Shown here: one piece after another, positions 27,201 through 39,592 of the stretch
Layout of the letters: each line of letters starts with the position of its first letter
Numbering within the stretch: position 1 is the stretch's first letter
Origin: Lingula anatina
Lineage: Eukaryota > Animalia > Brachiopoda
Reading direction: 5' to 3'
Assembly: GCA_051362555.1 (NCBI GenBank)
Contig: CM120646.1
Coordinates: 6,944,001 to 7,008,000, forward strand
DNA: 64,000 bases
Position numbers and translations under genes: made by a program
Notes under the pieces: model-generated
Databases searched by the model: none
The model's input: only the letters and a program-made list of their open reading frames with translations
Told to the model about the DNA's origin: nothing

Positions 27201-29717
27201 AAATTACCCGTGTTAGACCTTAGGTAACAAGGCATTCAGACTCGCTTGTTCGTCCCCATATTGCTAATTAGGATGCAACAACGGATTGAAGGCAATTTTT
27301 CACGATGACATCTGCTCCAAAATATTGCAAATTTTACACACAAGTGAACCCTGTTAGTTTTCCCTTCTGCACATACATTTTCAGAGAAACTACAAGACTG
27401 AAAGCGGTATTTTACCGACCTTGAAATCGCCCATATGCAACAGAGCTCGACCTCCGCACAAACACAACGCGACTACTTCCGCCGTACGAACGTCTTTCCA
27501 CAGTTAAACGGATTACCCTTTGAAGAATTGCCGAGTGTCGAATCTTTGGTATATTAGATCTTAGGGTCAGGCGATATCTGTGAAACTGTCGATGAAAAAC
27601 CCAGTCTTCTCTCTCTGGCGTAAAATTGCATTTGCAAACAAGTAATTTTGCAATCTAATGAAATACGCCTTGATTAATAAAATTAAATTGTCAAAAGTAA
27701 TAAAATTTAGGGTCGACCTATGTAGCCCACCAGTTTTGCACCCATTTCTAACTATGAAAAAACGCAATAGCAAGGCCCTACACATTCGAAAGCATGCCCA
27801 GACAGTAAGCTTTTCCCACTGCCTATGTTAAAGAACAAAACACCATAAATATAGCTTACATTGCGAGTTTAAAATGGCGCAATGATCCTCAGGGTGCCAG
27901 CACATGATGTACACGCATAAACAGCGCCAATCTGATAGACCTCTCGTGATGCACTACTCTACAGTCTATGCCGTGTATAAATATGCAGACAATATGAACA
28001 ATGTTTTCGCGTAATAAAGCTGATAGCTATTGGTAAAATTATAAATCATTTATTATGGAACTAATTTTTTTTTACTTACGAACTATATCTATATCTTATC
28101 AGAGGGCCTTGATAACAAGACTGATGGGTGTATTCGAGCTCCAAAATATTGATTTCCTACTCCAATTTTATAAGAGACAGAGAAATTTCAACTGATACAG
28201 ACCCGAAGATGGGAAGCGGTGGGGCTATTTTGATGAGAAAAGGCCCGCTCTGAGTCAAAATTTTCTGTCTTACCTCTTTGTGGCTCATTTTAGAGGGTAA
28301 AAAGGTTCGCGTTTTTTTTTTTTTTTTTCGGAACTCCCCTCCCCTTTAAAATTGCTTGTTACGGGCCTGAAAATGTACCTGTGGTGTGTGTGTGTGTTGT
28401 TTCCGTGTAATGTAGATACAACAGCACGCGAAAATACAGATAACAACCGAATAGCTTCATGTAATCATTTATGTAATCATTAACGCCGCCCACCCAAATT
28501 GTCCAGATTAGAGGTCCAGTGTTATAAACAAAATTTAATCCAGAAACTCGTGGCGGTATATAGCATTGGTCCACTCACGACTGTTTACTCATTAAATTTC
28601 TCAAAGAGACACGGATTACGGGATGAAAGTTTTTTTTTTAATAAATCACTAAATATGTTCTACCAAGCCATATAAATGAATTATATACATGTACATAGTC
28701 ATGGGTTTTACGTTCTTTCAGGCGGCCTTCAATCGTGATCTATCTGTTAGTCTGTGCTTTGCCTTGCCTAGTTGTCAACCTTATTGGGACCAAGGTCAAG
28801 GTAAAGACTATCATACACTGCTGCATGTTTTACCAAGTTTTGCGATGACGAGAATGTGTACAGTTATAACACCGCAATTTTGGGGAATAAAATGGGTAAC
28901 TAATGAGAACTGGGAAAGCAAATTGTGGGTGTATCTCGAACTTAACGCAGGTTTTTTTCAGAATTCTGTTTAAATGTTTCCCATACTTTTAAAAGATAAA
29001 TACAAACCTGCTTACTTGTTTCCTTATATGATAAACAAATAAACGGATAGAATAAGATAAGGCAGTATGCATCTATGGGTAACCTAATAATTAATTTATA
29101 TCACATTTAAATCGTTTCTACAGGTAGAGACGCCCATTGAACTAGACACAAAAACCGCCATCACAATACAAATCGTCGTATTCAACCTGGTGGTGACAGA
29201 GTGGATGGCAAGACTGAGAGAACGGGAATTCAATTTTGACGTCATCACAGCGATGGGAAACGACCTTTTCACTGCGTATGACATCGTAGAACTGTTTGTT
29301 CTGGCACATGACCCCCTCGTGTTCCAATCTAATTGGGTGTATGTGCTATTTGCCCTTTCCTTTGTGTCTATGCTCAAGTTCATCCCCGTGCCACCAGAAT
29401 GCACGTGCGAACGTATGGACGTTCCCCGAGCAAGAACTTATATATTCTGTAATCTCCTTCTCCAGGATGGTCCGTTTCTCGTCGTTAGAATGGCAATAAT
29501 GGTACACTTTGGCATTATTCACGAACAAAACTATGATATTAGTGCACAAGACATGATCAGCGATTTAATCCACCCCATAAAAAGTTTTACCTACGTCGTC
29601 ATGTATTCCCTGCAGCTGCGGATGCTTCAGCATCGTCAGATTAGTCCCGCAAAACAGGGAATGACCTTGCAGGGGGAAAGTAATGGCATTCAGACAACCG
29701 AAGTGGAGGAATTATAG
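23691..29717 (+). CDS. TMEM26-like copy 3 (exons 23691-24121, 28722-28800, 29124-29717; ~367 aa, apparently intact)
   Basis: Same exon structure, splice sites conserved, open frame. Relative to copy 1 it has a 7-aa insertion and a 30-aa in-frame C-terminal deletion. Confidence 0.8.
24339..27563. mobile_element. 3.2-kb TIR DNA transposon in intron 1 of copy 3, no intact transposase seen
   Basis: TIR TAAGATCTAATA, extending imperfectly for ~45+ bp. TSD GGGTCAGGC at 24330-24338 and 27564-27572 (or 7 bp if the termini are CTAAG). Empty site in copies 1 and 2. Confidence 0.9.
26488..27085. repeat. ~188-bp tandem repeat (about 3.2 units) inside the 3.2-kb element
   Basis: gataacgatagtc.ccgccatcttg at 26488, 26675 and 26863, decayed at 27051. 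Confidence 0.9.
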
Positions 29718-30069
29718 CTAGGGAACTCTAGGGACGTTTGGTTAACAAGACTATTCTTACAAAGAGGACTTTATGCAAAAAAAAAAAAAACGGGATATAT
29801 GAGTGCATACTGGAATCGACCTAACTACACGCAATAGACCAAACAGACCAAATATGCCTACCCGGTATATCAGATCAGCATCTCACAAATACTGAAAATA
29901 TTTTTAAGTAGTTAATTATTTCATAATATAGCATGGTGCGTATTTTACTAAACGTGCATTGTAACCATTGTATGAAAACTAAAGGGTACGAACTACTCAG
30001 CAAAGCTGGATAATATACAGACATCTTCAGGTTTATAGGGGCCTATTCAAGGCAGCAAAGCGGACAAAT

Positions 30070-33000
30070 TGTTGTAAAGCAAATTACTTACACTTTCACT
30101 AATTACAGAAAACAATTAAAGCGGAATCAAATGAGTAAAAAGACAGAGAGGTACTGAGTGTAAGTTAAGTTTCTCCAAGAGTCAACAAGTGTAGAACATG
30201 TTTTTAGTGTCAGAAAAAGATGGAAAAGGTCAAAGTCAATAACAGTTAATGTGATTGGTTAGTTTCATAACATATTTTAATTTTGATCATCTATTTATCA
30301 CATGATAACTGAGTTTTGGATAAGATCCAAGCATGAGTAATCCAAATAATATTTTAGATATCTTTAATTGAAAACAAGTCTCTAATGGATTACCTAATAA
30401 GGAAATGTTGCATAGTGACTTGCAACATGAGAATGGAAAATATTTTGTAATCACTCAAAGACAATGGAAAAGAAAACAAGTAAATGCGTGATCAGTAAGG
30501 AGAAATTGAATATAAATATTTGTGAAGTTGTATGAAGGGGAGTCGGTGAATCAACGTTCGAAAGCTCCAAACTGCTGTCGTCATTCCTCAATATAAGAAG
30601 TGGTGGAGGAAAAATCGATCCCCGCTCTACCGAGGCAAGTGGAACGGCGATACAGTTATGGTGATGACGGCGGCAGGAGCGTAGACACCGAAGGGTTCAC
30701 ACCATCCACCTAGAGGCAAACATCGTCAGTGCCCCAGTGCAGCGAAAACTGAGTATGCTGGGTATTGAAAATCGCCAAAAGCCATTACCCTAGCAACAAT
30801 TAATAACTGAAAAAAGACGAAAATGTCCTCAGATTTGACTTTAGCGCCAGAAAAGTGGTAACGCAAACAAAGATATAGAAAGGTGGTTAAAACAATTTGA
30901 AAACTATACGCAATATAAAAAAACTAGAAGATGAACAAATCACCGCCTAATTTCATCTCTTACTGAATCAAACAGTGTTAAACTGGTTCGAGTGTTTAAC
31001 AGTGGAAATACAGAAAGACTGGAAATCGTTAGTCCGCGAGTTCCGACAGCGATATGAACTGAAATCCGGAGAAACTTGGGAGAAAGCCTCAGCTTTTTTC
31101 AGACGTCAACAGTTGACAGAAGAACCAGTACAGAGGTACATCGAGTCGATGCGTCACGACGCCAAACGTGCGTGTTTAGATGAGGGAACGGCATTTACAG
31201 TGGTAATAAATGGGTTACTCCCCGAAATCCGTCCATTTGTATTGCAGAGGGAGCCCACAGAATTTGATTCTCTTATGCACCACGCGCGCATTGCAGAAAA
31301 CGCAGTTCAGCCGACGAGAAGAGGTCAACGAAATGACATAAAAATGATAACAGAGAAAATAGACACTCTTCAAAGTTCAATTAATGACGCCGTCAGTGCA
31401 CAGTCTGCAATCTATCTATTGCAAGATCCATGTGATACCAGAAATGAAACAAACTTTGAAACCCCAAGAGGGAGCCCTATAGAGTATCCAGAAAAAATCA
31501 CTCCCAACGCCAGAATTATGCCCCAGCGAAACAGGCATCTGCGACGCTCAGAGTACACATTATCATCAGCTAGACATACGAACTATCCTCAACAACGAAA
31601 TCCGATAAGAGCATGGCCGATGTGTCAGGGATGTGGTGAGTACACGCATCTTAGACCTAATTGTTTTGCTCGCAATTTTAACTGTAATTGTTGTGGTAAA
31701 ATATGACACATAGCAAAAGTATGTCATTCTGTACGTGTAAACAAACGGCTAAGAAAAAGAAACGGTTTTATAACAAGATTGAAGATAGAAAAGTGCCAAT
31801 TTCTATTATTTCCCATTACCAAGCTAATAATCTAATATCAATTCAAATCGACAAACATCATGTCAATGCTTTGGTTGACACCGGTGCCGTCATATCTTGT
31901 ATATCCGAATCTCTTTTATCAAAATTAGGAAAGAAAGATCGAAATGTATACGAAAAACCGTCATTAAAAGAAGTTTCAGTTATAGATGGATCTGTGATTA
32001 AAGTTCTAGGAAAAGTAGAGTTACCACTTTGTTTTGGTAATGTGATCATAAAACATAAAGTCCACGTATTTAGTCAATTGCCAAGAGGTTTGATATTAGG
32101 CACAGATTTCTTAAGAAAACACAATATAAAAATTGATTTATCGTCTGATAGCATGGCATTGCCTGATTATAATTTGCTCGTACCTTTGTATAGTCCACCC
32201 GTATTAGGTTTAGTGCGTAACTTTAAATCAGAATTTATTCCAGATGTGAATGCTTAATACGAGTGAATATATCACATTCTTCCTCTGTTTCAGTAGCTTT
32301 ACTAGAGCCAGTACGAAAGCTTGAGTCCAAGAAAAAACTTATCGGAGCAAAATGTTTGGTTTCAATTGATAAAAACAAATCCGCTTACAGAATAATGAAC
32401 CCTAGCGATGAAAGTATTTTCATTCCTAAAAGAACAATATTAGTAGTTGCGAGTTCAGTGAGTCTGGCAAGTGTCAGTACTTTAAATGAAATGTCAGAAG
32501 GAGATACAGCACAAAAAGGTGATAGGTTATCAGATCAAGAAGCATTGCGGAATGCAGATGAATTAAATATAAACTTTGCCGTTTCAGACATGAGTGAAGA
32601 TCAGAAACAACAGTTGAAAATATTGTTAGGACGTAATCGTGAAGTTTTTGCTACCAATCTATCAGAGTTAGGTTCAGCAAATATGTATAAACATACATTA
32701 GAATTGACACAATTAATGATATTCCTGTGAAACAAACATTTTATCGTACGTCACCGAAGCTGAAAGATGAAATTGTCAAACAAGTAGACGAAATGTTACA
32801 ACACGGTATAATCGAAGAAAGCATGAGTGAGTACAGTAGTCCAGTGGTACTAGATTATCATATCAATAAGACATTGCAAGGAAGACCAAGAAAACGAAGA
32901 AACTAAAGAGGAAACATAATGATATTATTATCTCTTCGAGACGAGTTAGATAATCGATACACTGGTAAATAAAAAGATAGTACACTTACACATTGTAAAA

Positions 33001-36000
33001 AAGTACACATAGGTCAAATGTATAATTTGGACAACGGTGAGACAGCTTAACTGAACCTTAAATGTAAACCGGTTTACTATTTTTCTGTCTACTCTATCTT
33101 ATTTTCTATCCTTTTCTAAAAAAAGGCCAAGTTAATGCAGTAAACACTGGAAAAGCCATGAGCATTGACCTTTTGAAATGATGATTCTATGAATTTTTAC
33201 TGTAATGTTGTGGCAGCATCAGCACGCTCAGTGTAGACAGTTTTGTTTCTAAAGAACTATTTAACAAAGAACATTGATCTTATTCATATGAGTAAACGTT
33301 ACATCCAAACGATGTAATACAAGTTATCACAAGGTTCACGACACATCATAATGGAAGGCATATAGTAACCTGATAAAATACAGACGAGATGTTTTGACAA
33401 GTCAGTCACTGACATTACCCCGGAATGCCCTAGAACAACGACCTCTTTAAGTAGTTGTCATTAATGTGTCAATCAAATCTTTTGCTATTGCAGTTAGAAC
33501 TAAGATGATTTTTTTATTATTATTTTTCCACCCAAGTGGCAAGTTGTCAAAACAACACTAAGATTGCACAGCAACATCACATTAATTTTGGTTCGTTGCA
33601 GTATTTCCATTCACCAACGGCTATTTTCAACATGAAACGCAATGATTTATTTAATAAACCCTTAAGTACGGAATCAACTGTTCTTTAGCTTAATTTGACA
33701 ATTTTTTTCTCATGTTCTTGTCAATAATGTTAGTGATTATTTGAACATATGAAAGTGACTCAAACAGCAGAGAGAGACAGGCGAAATTTGTACTTGTATG
33801 GCAGATGCTATTCTAGCAAACGAAATACTTTCTACAGATGATTAATCTCAAATACTAGTTTAAATTTATTCGAAACATAGAGCGTATTGCTCGTAATGAA
33901 ATTTGGTCTGTATATCAAGGACAGGCAATTGGCATTAGTGGTGACTTTACTAAAAAAAACAAGTACACGTAAACAATATAGTGCTTACTATACCGTAGTG
34001 ATTATAACATTTCGCAACAAAATCAATTAATAAGCCGAAGGAACTTAGAGCCACAGATTCATTCATTTTACAAAGTGAAGTAATAATTATTCTCATTTTG
34101 ACAATTCATTCAAGTTTTTATACCTGCAGACTACTCTAAACATTGACATGGTTGCATAATTATAAACACCATAATAAACAAAAACGTTATTTTGGAACGA
34201 ATTATCCCATTGTCACTTTTCACAGTTTTTAAACCCAGAAAATTATTCAAGAACGAATATTGTACATTTTTGCGCATTAATCATGCTTGTGCACTTTTCT
34301 ATATTCAGTTCGAAACATATAATCATAATGTAGATTGATTTTAATTCAATCTGAATTCGACTTGACTTGCTACACGTGTCTATAATTAACATAACGCATT
34401 AATCTTTGCGAGTGAACTTTTCGTATAAGAAGTGTGTGTACGATCACAAAATATTAATGACTTTATGATTCATTCTTATTGCTACTTAAAGGATTTCAGA
34501 CACTGATATATATATCATTATTATTATTATTGAGAGTGTGCGAGATGCACGAAAATAATATTACACTTAAATCCTGATGAATATTATGATTTTTTTTAAT
34601 CACCATGTACTTTGATATATAATAATGAACATTTTATTGTGTGTTAACCATGATCATTATTATTGGCGTGCTGTACTTTAATTGATTTACAATGTTATTG
34701 CATGTTAATAACATATTGCATAATGTGTATTAAGTATTAAATGTGTGAATTGTTATAATTATAAATATATTTGGTTTATCAATATTATGATTGTCGGTCA
34801 TAGATGTTTGAACAAATGATTATTGTTATATGCACAGTGTATTTAACTTTTGTTAATGATGATGACAAAAAAAAAAAAAAAACTGATTATATGCATTAAG
34901 GGAGATTCTCACATTTTGCGATTTAATTATATATCAGTATGATTTTATAAAATCCGTGGATTAAATTATCATAAACAAGTATTTCTCTTATAATCATCAC
35001 AGAGGATAGCTACAATGTGGACAAATATGAAGATGAATATGTACTTCATCATGAGCGATGCGCTGGTCGCAACGTTGTGGTGAATGATGTTCATTGGACA
35101 GGGAGTGATCAACCCTATTGTCTAACGTAGTGCATACCTAAACTGTCAAAGTGTCTTAAAAGACAATCGAAAGAGAAAACTGGAAAATATGATGTGTCAG
35201 AGCCATAATAAGAGAGCAAAATTTTTCGATATCCTCATGAGAAAACTGTTGGGCCACACATTAAATAGTGTAAATGATAATACGAACTATATCCACGAAG
35301 AATTGCATTTTCTTAAAAAGTTATTACATTATCTTCCTTCAGGTAATATTGTTTGTTTCATGTCGAATATGTTTTTAATCTTAAGTATAAGTTAATTATA
35401 TAGAATTACTTTTCATAGTTATATTTTTGCATGACTTTATAATATACATGAAGTGTTTAAGGGAGATTAGCGGTAATTTTTATTGTTATTTCATGTAATT
35501 TTGCAGAATTTGATGAACTTGCGTATAACATTTAAATTGATGACATATATGTGACCTTGTCATTTAACCTTTAAAAGAATTTTAAGTATTTTATGTTATT
35601 TAGTATTTGCTTTGATCTAAAAAAAATGAAAAAGGAGCGTATGTTGTAAAGTTTTAGAATTCGAGGACGAATTCTTTTGAAGAAGGGGTGTATGTTGAAA
35701 AGCAAATTACTTACACTTTCACTTATTACAGAAAACAATTAAAGCGGAATCAAATGAGTAAATAGACAGAGAGGTATTGAGTGTAAGTTAAGTTTCTCCA
35801 AGAGTCAACAAGTGTAGAACATGTTTTTAGTGTCAGAAAAAGATGGAAAAGGTCAAAGTCAATAACAGTTAATGTGATTGGTTAGTTTCATAACATATTT
35901 TAATTTTGATCATCTATTTATCACATGATAACTGAGTTTTGGATAAGATCCAAGCATGAGTAATCCAAATAATATTTTAGATATCTTTAATTGAAAACAA

Positions 36001-36221
36001 GTCTCTAATGGATTACCTAATAAGGAAATGTTGCATAGTGACTTGCAACATGAGAATGGAAAATATTTTGTAATCACTCAAAGACAATGGAAAAGAAAAC
36101 AAGTAAATGCGTGATCAGTAAGGAGAAATTGAATATAAATATTTGTGAAGTTGTATGAAGGGGAGTCGGTGAATAAACGTTGGAAAGCTCCAAACTGCTG
36201 TTGTTATTCCTCACTATAACA
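30070..36221 (+). mobile_element. Ty3/Gypsy LTR retrotransposon, internally deleted
   Basis: 529-bp LTRs (30070-30598, 35693-36221), 4-bp TSD AAAT, PBS TGGTGGAG at 30601 (tRNA-Ala-like), PPT GAAGAAGGGG at ~35679. Empty site in copies 1 and 2. Confidence 0.95.
30823..32906 (+). pseudogene. Degenerate gag-pol: capsid, two CCHC knuckles, aspartic protease, start of RT fused to the pol C-terminus
   Basis: CQGCGEYTHLRPNC and CNCCGKI*HIAKVC knuckles; ALVDTGA and ILGTDFL protease motifs in the -1 frame; RT start PVKQTFYR...IIEESMSEYSSPVVL. Several stops and frameshifts. Confidence 0.9.
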
Positions 36222-37629
36222 AAATGAACAGACAAAGACCACATAGGCCCCTACTATTAGGCCAACAAATGCCAGAGCTGATAGAAGCAGCAACTGTTAA
36301 ACAGTAAATCATATCCACATCTTGGAATATTCATTTTGTAAAACTGAAAACAAACAAACAAACACACAAACACGCACTCATGGAGTCACGCACCCAAGCT
36401 CGTATGCACGCACACGCACACACACACCAGTTTCACGTTCCACTAGTTCCAGTTCCTAGATCTATTGAAGTGACGTTGGAGAAGTTGAAAGAAGGCCTAA
36501 TGAATTAAGAACCCATACTTCTATTTCGTGACGCAAACGTAAAAAAAAAAACAGTTGTAAGGTGTACCGCGATACGAAATGCAATGCCTTCCCAGCCAAC
36601 ACAGAATGTTATCATAACGTTAATGTAACGGGAAAAAAACGAACTGGTAACGTTATAATAACGATCTGTGTTTGCTAGCTTTCTATATATTGATAATGAG
36701 CACGCAGAGGCAGTCACAACGAGTGAATCATAAAAGATTGTTTAGCATAAAATGAACCCACGTTGTTAAAAAAATAAAGTTATGAATTGTTAATCAGTGA
36801 GTATTAAAGTTGTGTTATTGTCAACCTTTATAACGCCATGCTGTTGCTTATCATTAATTATTCAATGATAAAGAAATCCCCGTGAAGATTAGAAAAAAAT
36901 TATTTATTTACGTCTCTAAATAGGCCTACATATCAGAACAATATCTTGTTAGTTTTAATGATTGAAATCAGTTTATAATCCATCAGTTTTGCAAATGGTA
37001 AATACTACCTTTTTAGTATGAAATAGGTAGTGAATTAAAATGTTTGGTGATGTTTGGTGAATTCCACATGGGTAAATATTATGACCTGCGGCTGCTTTCA
37101 TATTAAAAATATAACAAAATGTAAGTGTCCAATTGGTTTAAGAGCAAGTAGCTTAAAGTGCCCAGGAGTTTGCAAAGTGCATCAAACCCTAAAATCAAAT
37201 CAACAAAAAGTTGCCTGTGTGCAATCAGAAAGGCATGAAACTCTTAAGTATGCCAAATCTAAACAGCATCCTTTACTGAGCAAAAATAGGAAAAGTTTCA
37301 TTTCTTGTCTAAGCAGGGTTCTGTGCCGTTAAGTGCCATTCTTTCGAACTTTTCCTGTCGTCTGGCAGTGCGTCGACACCGTCAGAGCAGATTATGACGC
37401 AGGACAAGTTCTTCCAGTTGAGTATTGTTATAAACCTTACATAACATAATCATTTTGGTTTTGTGTTGTTAATTTAACTTGTATCATTTAATCTGTCGGT
37501 AAACGTAGCTATTAAAATTTTGTTTAAAATATTTTTTGGGGGGAGGGGGGAGGAGGGAGAGTATGGGAGCGATTTCAATAAAAAAACTAACCATCCCCAT
37601 CCCTCTTTCAGCAAATTCTGGATCCCTCT

Positions 37630-37631
<2 letters not shown>

Positions 37632-37661
<30 letters not shown>

Positions 37662-37686
37662 CAACAACAACAACAACAACACACAT
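37632..37686. repeat. (CA)n(CAA)n microsatellite
   Basis: Directly visible. Confidence 0.95.
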
Positions 37687-38012
37687 AGGCCTACACTCTG
37701 TCTCTCTCTCTCCTCTCTATCAGAAAGACTTGATAAACTTGGCGCACTAATAAGAGTAAAAGCAGTGTAGGGACTAAAACAAAAGATTGCTTTATAACCT
37801 TTTAATAATAATCTCAGTAAATCTCGCCTTTTCTTTGAAATGCACATTACAGTGTGACAACAGCAGAGATTTTGCGTACATTTGCGTACCTTTACTTATT
37901 TGAACCATCATTTGTGTATAAATTCCCATTAATTTTCACAGATAATTTTCAATATCAAAGAAGTAGACATATTTTACAAGAATACTTAAGTTTGTCAGTT
38001 ACCGGACGGATT

Positions 38013-39251
38013 TTATTTTGAAAGTATTTTCTTGCCCACATAACGGAATTCCAATGCTTCGCATTTTTGACTTGAGCCGCTGTCGGAAGTGACGTTCACA
38101 TTACCAACTGGTATGAACACTGTGCGCAAGTCAGTAGTGACGTAGCATCTGTCCAAGGTCACATGGATCAAGTCTGACGTCATAGTTTCATTTGCTTCTC
38201 TTGGTTGCCTCTCTTTTCTCCCTTCTAAAAACCTCTCGTACTCCGTCCAATCAAAAGCTAGTATTTCTCCTTTAATGTCCTCATACCATTCTTCGAGTTG
38301 TTCTGATTGTAATTTCAGCTGATTTCCTTTCAATAATTCATTAAGGTGATCAACAGAAGGTTCTGTCACTCTTTGTCTCCATAGTTGTAGCATTCTGTGT
38401 CGCTGCTCACTTCCGTCTCTAACGTAAGCGTATTCTAAGTCGTCCAGCTCCACGTCGGTGACGTTTCTGCGAACGAGAAAGCGGCACTGGGCCAAGTTCA
38501 CCCTTTTATGCACAAAACCGATAGCTTTGTCCATGAGGACTTCCCGTGCTTCAACGAGCCTGAGGTTTACTAATTGAGAGGATATTTCGCTGTCTTTTGT
38601 CATTTCAGCAGGCACCTTATTGTCCTTGGTTCGTAGAAGTAAATTGGCCCTATTGTATACAAGAAAATTGATCATCTCGACATGTCGACCCTTGCAAGCC
38701 AGGTGCAACGGGGATTCCCCCCAGTGATTGATGTCATTGACGCTTGCTTCTGAACCAATCAGTAGGTCTGCAACATCAACGTGGCCCCGTTCAGCCGCCA
38801 GATGGAGGCACGTGTTCCCTGCTGTATTTTTAAGATGCACTTTCGATTTGTGCGAGAGCAGAAGTTTCACTATTTCTTTATGTCCCCCCTGCGATGCCCA
38901 ATGCAGAGCCGTGTGGCGAAAAACATCCCGTGAGTTTAATTTTAGTTTGAGTCGAAGCAGTTCAAACACCATGTCAAAATGGCCTTGTTCCGATGCCAAA
39001 TGTAGTGCCGTTTTCCCTGCTTCAGTCCTGCAGCCGACGTCCGCCATTGAATCAACCAAGAGACGGGCGATGGGGACGTTGCCACAGTGCGCGGCGACAT
39101 GTAGAGGTGTCCAGTTTATGAACCACCAACAAGAAGGGTCTGTGCCTGCGACATTAATGTCCTCGCTGCCATTGCCTAGTAAACTCTTCACTATCTTTAT
39201 GTTCCCTCCTCTCACTGCTTCATGTAGCTGTGTCCAAACTTTGTCCGACAT
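38013..39251 (-). CDS. Intronless ankyrin-repeat (6 plus a partial 7th) and death-domain-like protein, 412 aa
   Basis: TPLH/TALH/TCLH/SPLH ankyrin repeats, then LDDLEYAYVRDGSEQRHRMLQLWRQRVTEPSVDHLNELL, which matches the death-fold pattern (E..D..EQ...ML..W.....ATV..L..AL). Confidence 0.85.
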   Translation of the reverse strand: MSDKVWTQLHEAVRGGNIKIVKSLLGNGSEDINVAGTDPSCWWFINWTPLHVAAHCGNVPIARLLVDSMADVGCRTEAGKTALHLASEQGHFDMVFELLRLKLKLNSRDVFRHTALHWASQGGHKEIVKLLLSHKSKVHLKNTAGNTCLHLAAERGHVDVADLLIGSEASVNDINHWGESPLHLACKGRHVEMINFLVYNRANLLLRTKDNKVPAEMTKDSEISSQLVNLRLVEAREVLMDKAIGFVHKRVNLAQCRFLVRRNVTDVELDDLEYAYVRDGSEQRHRMLQLWRQRVTEPSVDHLNELLKGNQLKLQSEQLEEWYEDIKGEILAFDWTEYERFLEGRKERQPREANETMTSDLIHVTLDRCYVTTDLRTVFIPVGNVNVTSDSGSSQKCEALEFRYVGKKILSK

Positions 39252-39367
39252 GATTGCGTGTCAGCGAGTGTGTGTCCTTAACACGGATTATAGTGCGTTT
39301 ATAGCCTATGCTGACGAATACATCTGGCTGACTAACAACTGTATCAAATGTGCCATTTTCTCTATAC

Positions 39368-39592
39368 TTTTATAGTGAGCTATTTGCGTACTGGGCGGAG
39401 TCGCATTTTACGGGGGGAATTCCCACATGAACTGACGCACATACCAAGGTGTCATTAGATGATACTAGTATTCGGGCTTTTGTTAAATGGGAGACAAAGT
39501 TCGCCTAAGGTTACTTTGGTTAGGTTATATAGCGTAAAAATAGTAGTTCCTATTAGATCTAAGGCGTGGGCTGTTACATGCGGATTTTCCCC
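39368..39592 (-). promoter_or_regulatory. Promoter of the ANK-DD gene: TATA box, GC box, NF-kB sites
   Basis: TATAAAA on the minus strand at 39368-39374, GGGCGG at 39393, perfect palindromic kB site GGGAATTCCC at 39415-39424, and GGGGAAAATCC (minus) at 39582-39592. Confidence 0.6.

Larger units (their letters stand above)
1137..37590 (+). repeat. Tandem segmental triplication; units start at ~1137, ~8358 and ~22319
   Basis: AACATAAGAATTTAGAGCAGCATCGTCAG begins each unit. The upstream flank, exons, introns and 3' flank are collinear in all three. Confidence 0.92.

Noticed and set aside
35000-35400. env-like or extra ORF in the retrotransposon 3' region
   Set aside because: Only short, stop-interrupted frames with no signal peptide, TM or furin-site pattern
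38728-39375. 215-aa plus-strand ORF
   Set aside because: Antisense shadow of the ankyrin CDS with no recognisable motifs
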